Source of the DNA: Hamiltosporidium tvaerminnensis FI-OER-3-3 | Lineage: Eukaryota; Fungi; Microsporidia | DNA: 64,000 bases | Assembly: GCA_022605425.2 (NCBI GenBank) | Contig: JAKIMF020000005.1 | Coordinates: 682,001-746,000 of the forward strand | Reading direction: 5' to 3' | Part shown: positions 61,320 through 64,000 of the stretch, one piece after another | How the letters are laid out: the number at the start of each line of letters is the position of its first letter | Position numbering within the stretch: the stretch's first letter is position 1 | Made by a program: the position numbers and the translations under genes | Notes under the pieces: model-generated | What the model was told of the DNA's origin: nothing | Databases searched by the model: none | What the model saw: only the letters and a program-made list of their open reading frames with translations

Positions 61320-61555
61320 CGGAGGAAGGATAGACACATTAAAAACTATCTGGTTTGCATATAGTGTATATAAATGGGGTGAATATCATTGTTGCCATTT
61401 TAGTAAGATATAAGCCACACCGGAGCTATAGTTCAATCCTCTATATTTCCGAGTTATAACAGATTAAACGAACCAGTGGAAACTTTCATTTGTCGTCCTC
61501 GAGACCGAAAGGTAAAACAGGACTGCTAAAAGTATGAAAGCTTAGCTTTTTGGCC
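61320..61555 (+). mobile_element. Family B head
   Basis: CGGAGGAAGGATAGACACATTAAAAACTATCTG, CCGAGTTATA, GTCCTCGAGACCGAAAG. Confidence 0.68.
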
Positions 61556-62580
61556 AAAAAAAATTGCATGCTTAGAAGTTTCGTTATTGTATATTTAAGT
61601 TTTTCTTGTTACCTGCTTTCCATAGAAATTTTTATAGAATTGTACAAAGAAATTTTACCTACTTTTTTTTTCTTTGAAATGTATCTACATTTTTCTTTAA
61701 GAAGTTTCATATCATGAAATATTCATTACAAAATGCATAGCTTTGAAACCGTTTGTCATTCAAAGAGTTAGATGTATTATCTTCAACTTAAGATATCTAA
61801 TCAAAACAATATAAGATCTGCTATGCAAACAATGCATTTATTTTTTTAAACTATTTCTGGTAAGGTTTATTTGGATCTCATTCGAATGATTTCCACTCAG
61901 AATTATGTAAAACACAAAAAGGGTGAAGAATAGAACTTTTGCGATCTTCTTGAATGAATAACGCATTTATTTCATTCTTATTAGTTTATTTTACTGTTTT
62001 TAAACATTTAAGATACAAATCTAGAAGTACAGAAAATTTATGATCAGAATATCTTAGAAACTTTGTTAAAATTTTCGAATGATTCCATAAAACGTTTTTT
62101 TAATGCAAAAAAAATTAATTCGTTTGCATTTATCAATTAAAAGGTAATAAAGCATTTCTGACGGTTTTTAAACTTTAAAAGTAAAATTCTTTTTATGAAT
62201 TTATTGTTATATTTGAAGGTTTATATGCCTGAGTATATTGCGAAAAACTATGATTTTATATTTCTAAACTATTGTGTTGGGTCGATGATCGGGAATTCTT
62301 GTGTCTAAATATCATATAAATTAAGATGAACTTTACTCTTTTTTAAAAATATGTGTATTTTGAGTAACTTTTGCATTTCTTAACTTCGACCCAATTTTTG
62401 TTTAGGTGATCGTTGTTTTCAGATTTTTATATTTTTTTGATTCTTTCGTTCAGAAATAGAAATAAAATAATTGCTTTTATCTTTAAAAAAAACATATTTT
62501 CTAAAATATTTTTATAAATTTGTCACTTGGTTTCTCAAAATTTTTACCTTCTTAATTTTTTTGAATACTCCATCCAATTT

Positions 62581-63477
62581 ATGGAAACCGTTTTTGTAAA
62601 TTTAAAAGATATAAACGGAGATATTAACATAAAATACACTGGGATTTATGATGAAAAAATATCAAAAATAATGTTTTTGTTTTGGCAAATACAAGAACAG
62701 AATGAAATATTCGTTGCTGGTATTGTTTTTGAAATGAAAGAAAAAAACATTGTATATATTTCTATATTAGATAGTATAGGAGAATTTGAACCAAGAAATA
62801 TGCAAAAAGGATTTATCAATGGTACTATCCTGGCTCTTTTAAAATATTTGTCACCTACTTTTTTAGAAGTGTTTAGTCAACCAAAAAAGGAAATAATTTT
62901 CGGTAAAAGTTCAAAAAATACTAAAAAAGGATTTTTAAATTCTCACAAGCTTTTTAAGTATTGGAAAAATATTTTTAGTAAATATATTTGTTGTGAAAAT
63001 AAGAAAGAATATAAACTTTATATTCATAACAATACCGATGAATCCAATGGTATTCCATACCATAGAAATACTAAATTAAATGATATCTATTTGTTTGATG
63101 ATGATCCAAAACAAAAATTGATAAATAATTTAGTAGAAAATGTAGGTATTTACAATTTTTTTAGTATTTTGCTTTTTAGATCTGATTTCTCTAATGGTTC
63201 ACTTCTTTTTAATGTATGTCCGTGTAAAAAACACAATTCAAATATAAATTTAGAAGAATTTAATTTATTTGATATAAAAGAAATATTAGAAACGCTAAGA
63301 GGTTTGGATTTCTCTGATTATCAAAATTCGTTAAAATCCACAATTTTTTTCTTAAAAAAGTACCAATTAAAATCTTTTCTATTTAAAACTTCTAAATCTA
63401 AACTATCAGAAAATATAATTGAAACACCAATAGAAGAACAAAGTTTTGTCAAAATAAAAACAAAATCAAAAAAATAA
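62581..63477 (+). CDS. RTT109: Rtt109-like histone H3K56 acetyltransferase
   Basis: VYISILDSIG (cf. VSKADT.G), F.QP...IF..S.KN..K..L....L.KYW, FDDDPK and FF..L.FRSDF occur in Rtt109 order. First ATG at 62581. Confidence 0.8.
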   Translation: METVFVNLKDINGDINIKYTGIYDEKISKIMFLFWQIQEQNEIFVAGIVFEMKEKNIVYISILDSIGEFEPRNMQKGFINGTILALLKYLSPTFLEVFSQPKKEIIFGKSSKNTKKGFLNSHKLFKYWKNIFSKYICCENKKEYKLYIHNNTDESNGIPYHRNTKLNDIYLFDDDPKQKLINNLVENVGIYNFFSILLFRSDFSNGSLLFNVCPCKKHNSNINLEEFNLFDIKEILETLRGLDFSDYQNSLKSTIFFLKKYQLKSFLFKTSKSKLSENIIETPIEEQSFVKIKTKSKK

Positions 63478-63794
63478 AATTATTATTTCTAAAATGCGTT
63501 TAAAGCTTTGTATTTGTTTGTAGAAAATCCTTTTTTTAGAATTCTAAATAAACTTTTTTATTTTTTAGATTAACTCGTATAAAGAGTGTATTTGTTGAAG
63601 AAAAACTTTTGCATTTCGGAAAATAAATTTATACTTTGAGAGGTACAGAAGGGAGGGAATAAGTAGTAAATATTCAATGATAATGGATAGGTTGTTAAAA
63701 AGGAGGTAAAATTAAAGAAAATTACTATAACCCGAATCAATCAATATTAAATCAAATTTAGAAAATAAATATTTTGAAAATTTTTATTGTTTTT

Positions 63795-64000
63795 ATGGGT
63801 GTAAAAAATTTATGGAAAATTTTAAAAAATTGTGCAGAAGAAGAAATAAATTTTGATGATAAAAAACTAGCAATAGATATAAGCATATGGATGTATCAGT
63901 ATTCTTCATTGCCACACAATCAATCTCTATATTTTATTACAAAACGAATATTAAAATTAATTTATTATAAAATTAAACCGGTATTTGTATTTGATGGAAA
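63795..64000 (+). CDS. RAD2: Rad2/XPG-family nuclease, 5' end (runs off the window)
   Basis: MGVKNLWKIL...KKLAIDISIWMYQY...KRILKLIYYKIKPVFVFDG is the XPG-N domain. Confidence 0.85.
   Translation, partial: MGVKNLWKILKNCAEEEINFDDKKLAIDISIWMYQYSSLPHNQSLYFITKRILKLIYYKIKPVFVFDG

Overview
AT-rich, gene-sparse eukaryotic DNA that reads as a large-genome microsporidian. A Hamiltosporidium-like source is inferred from the compact divergent fungal-type genes, the 20-25 nt GTAAGT..CTAATTAG introns, the CCC motifs before ATGs and an expanded ~770-aa LRR family. Host genes: three paralogous signal-peptide/BTB-like/LRR proteins, a fidgetin-like AAA ATPase, a Nup85-like protein, a ~7-TM orphan, Fcf2, tRNA-Lys(UUU), an atypical MAP kinase with two micro-introns, a USP4/15/Ubp12-type deubiquitinase, Sec63 (J-domain lacking HPD), Rtt109, and the 5' end of Rad2/XPG. 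Most intergenic DNA is mobile-element derived: a disrupted near-full-length R4-clade (RLE) non-LTR retrotransposon with six 3' fragments, RTE fossils, two ~235-bp RTE deletion derivatives, and Helitrons. The most striking feature is a non-coding ~715-bp dispersed family: 8 copies plus 3 related heads, roughly 10% of the window. It folds on one strand into a ~300-nt rod with compensatory changes and a pseudoknot-capable apex, and it has target-site duplications. It ends in the same TTAAATA terminus as the R4 element, and one related head is fused directly to the R4 3' tail. This makes it a candidate new structured-RNA SINE/satellite mobilised by an RLE LINE. All folds and alignments were done by eye.
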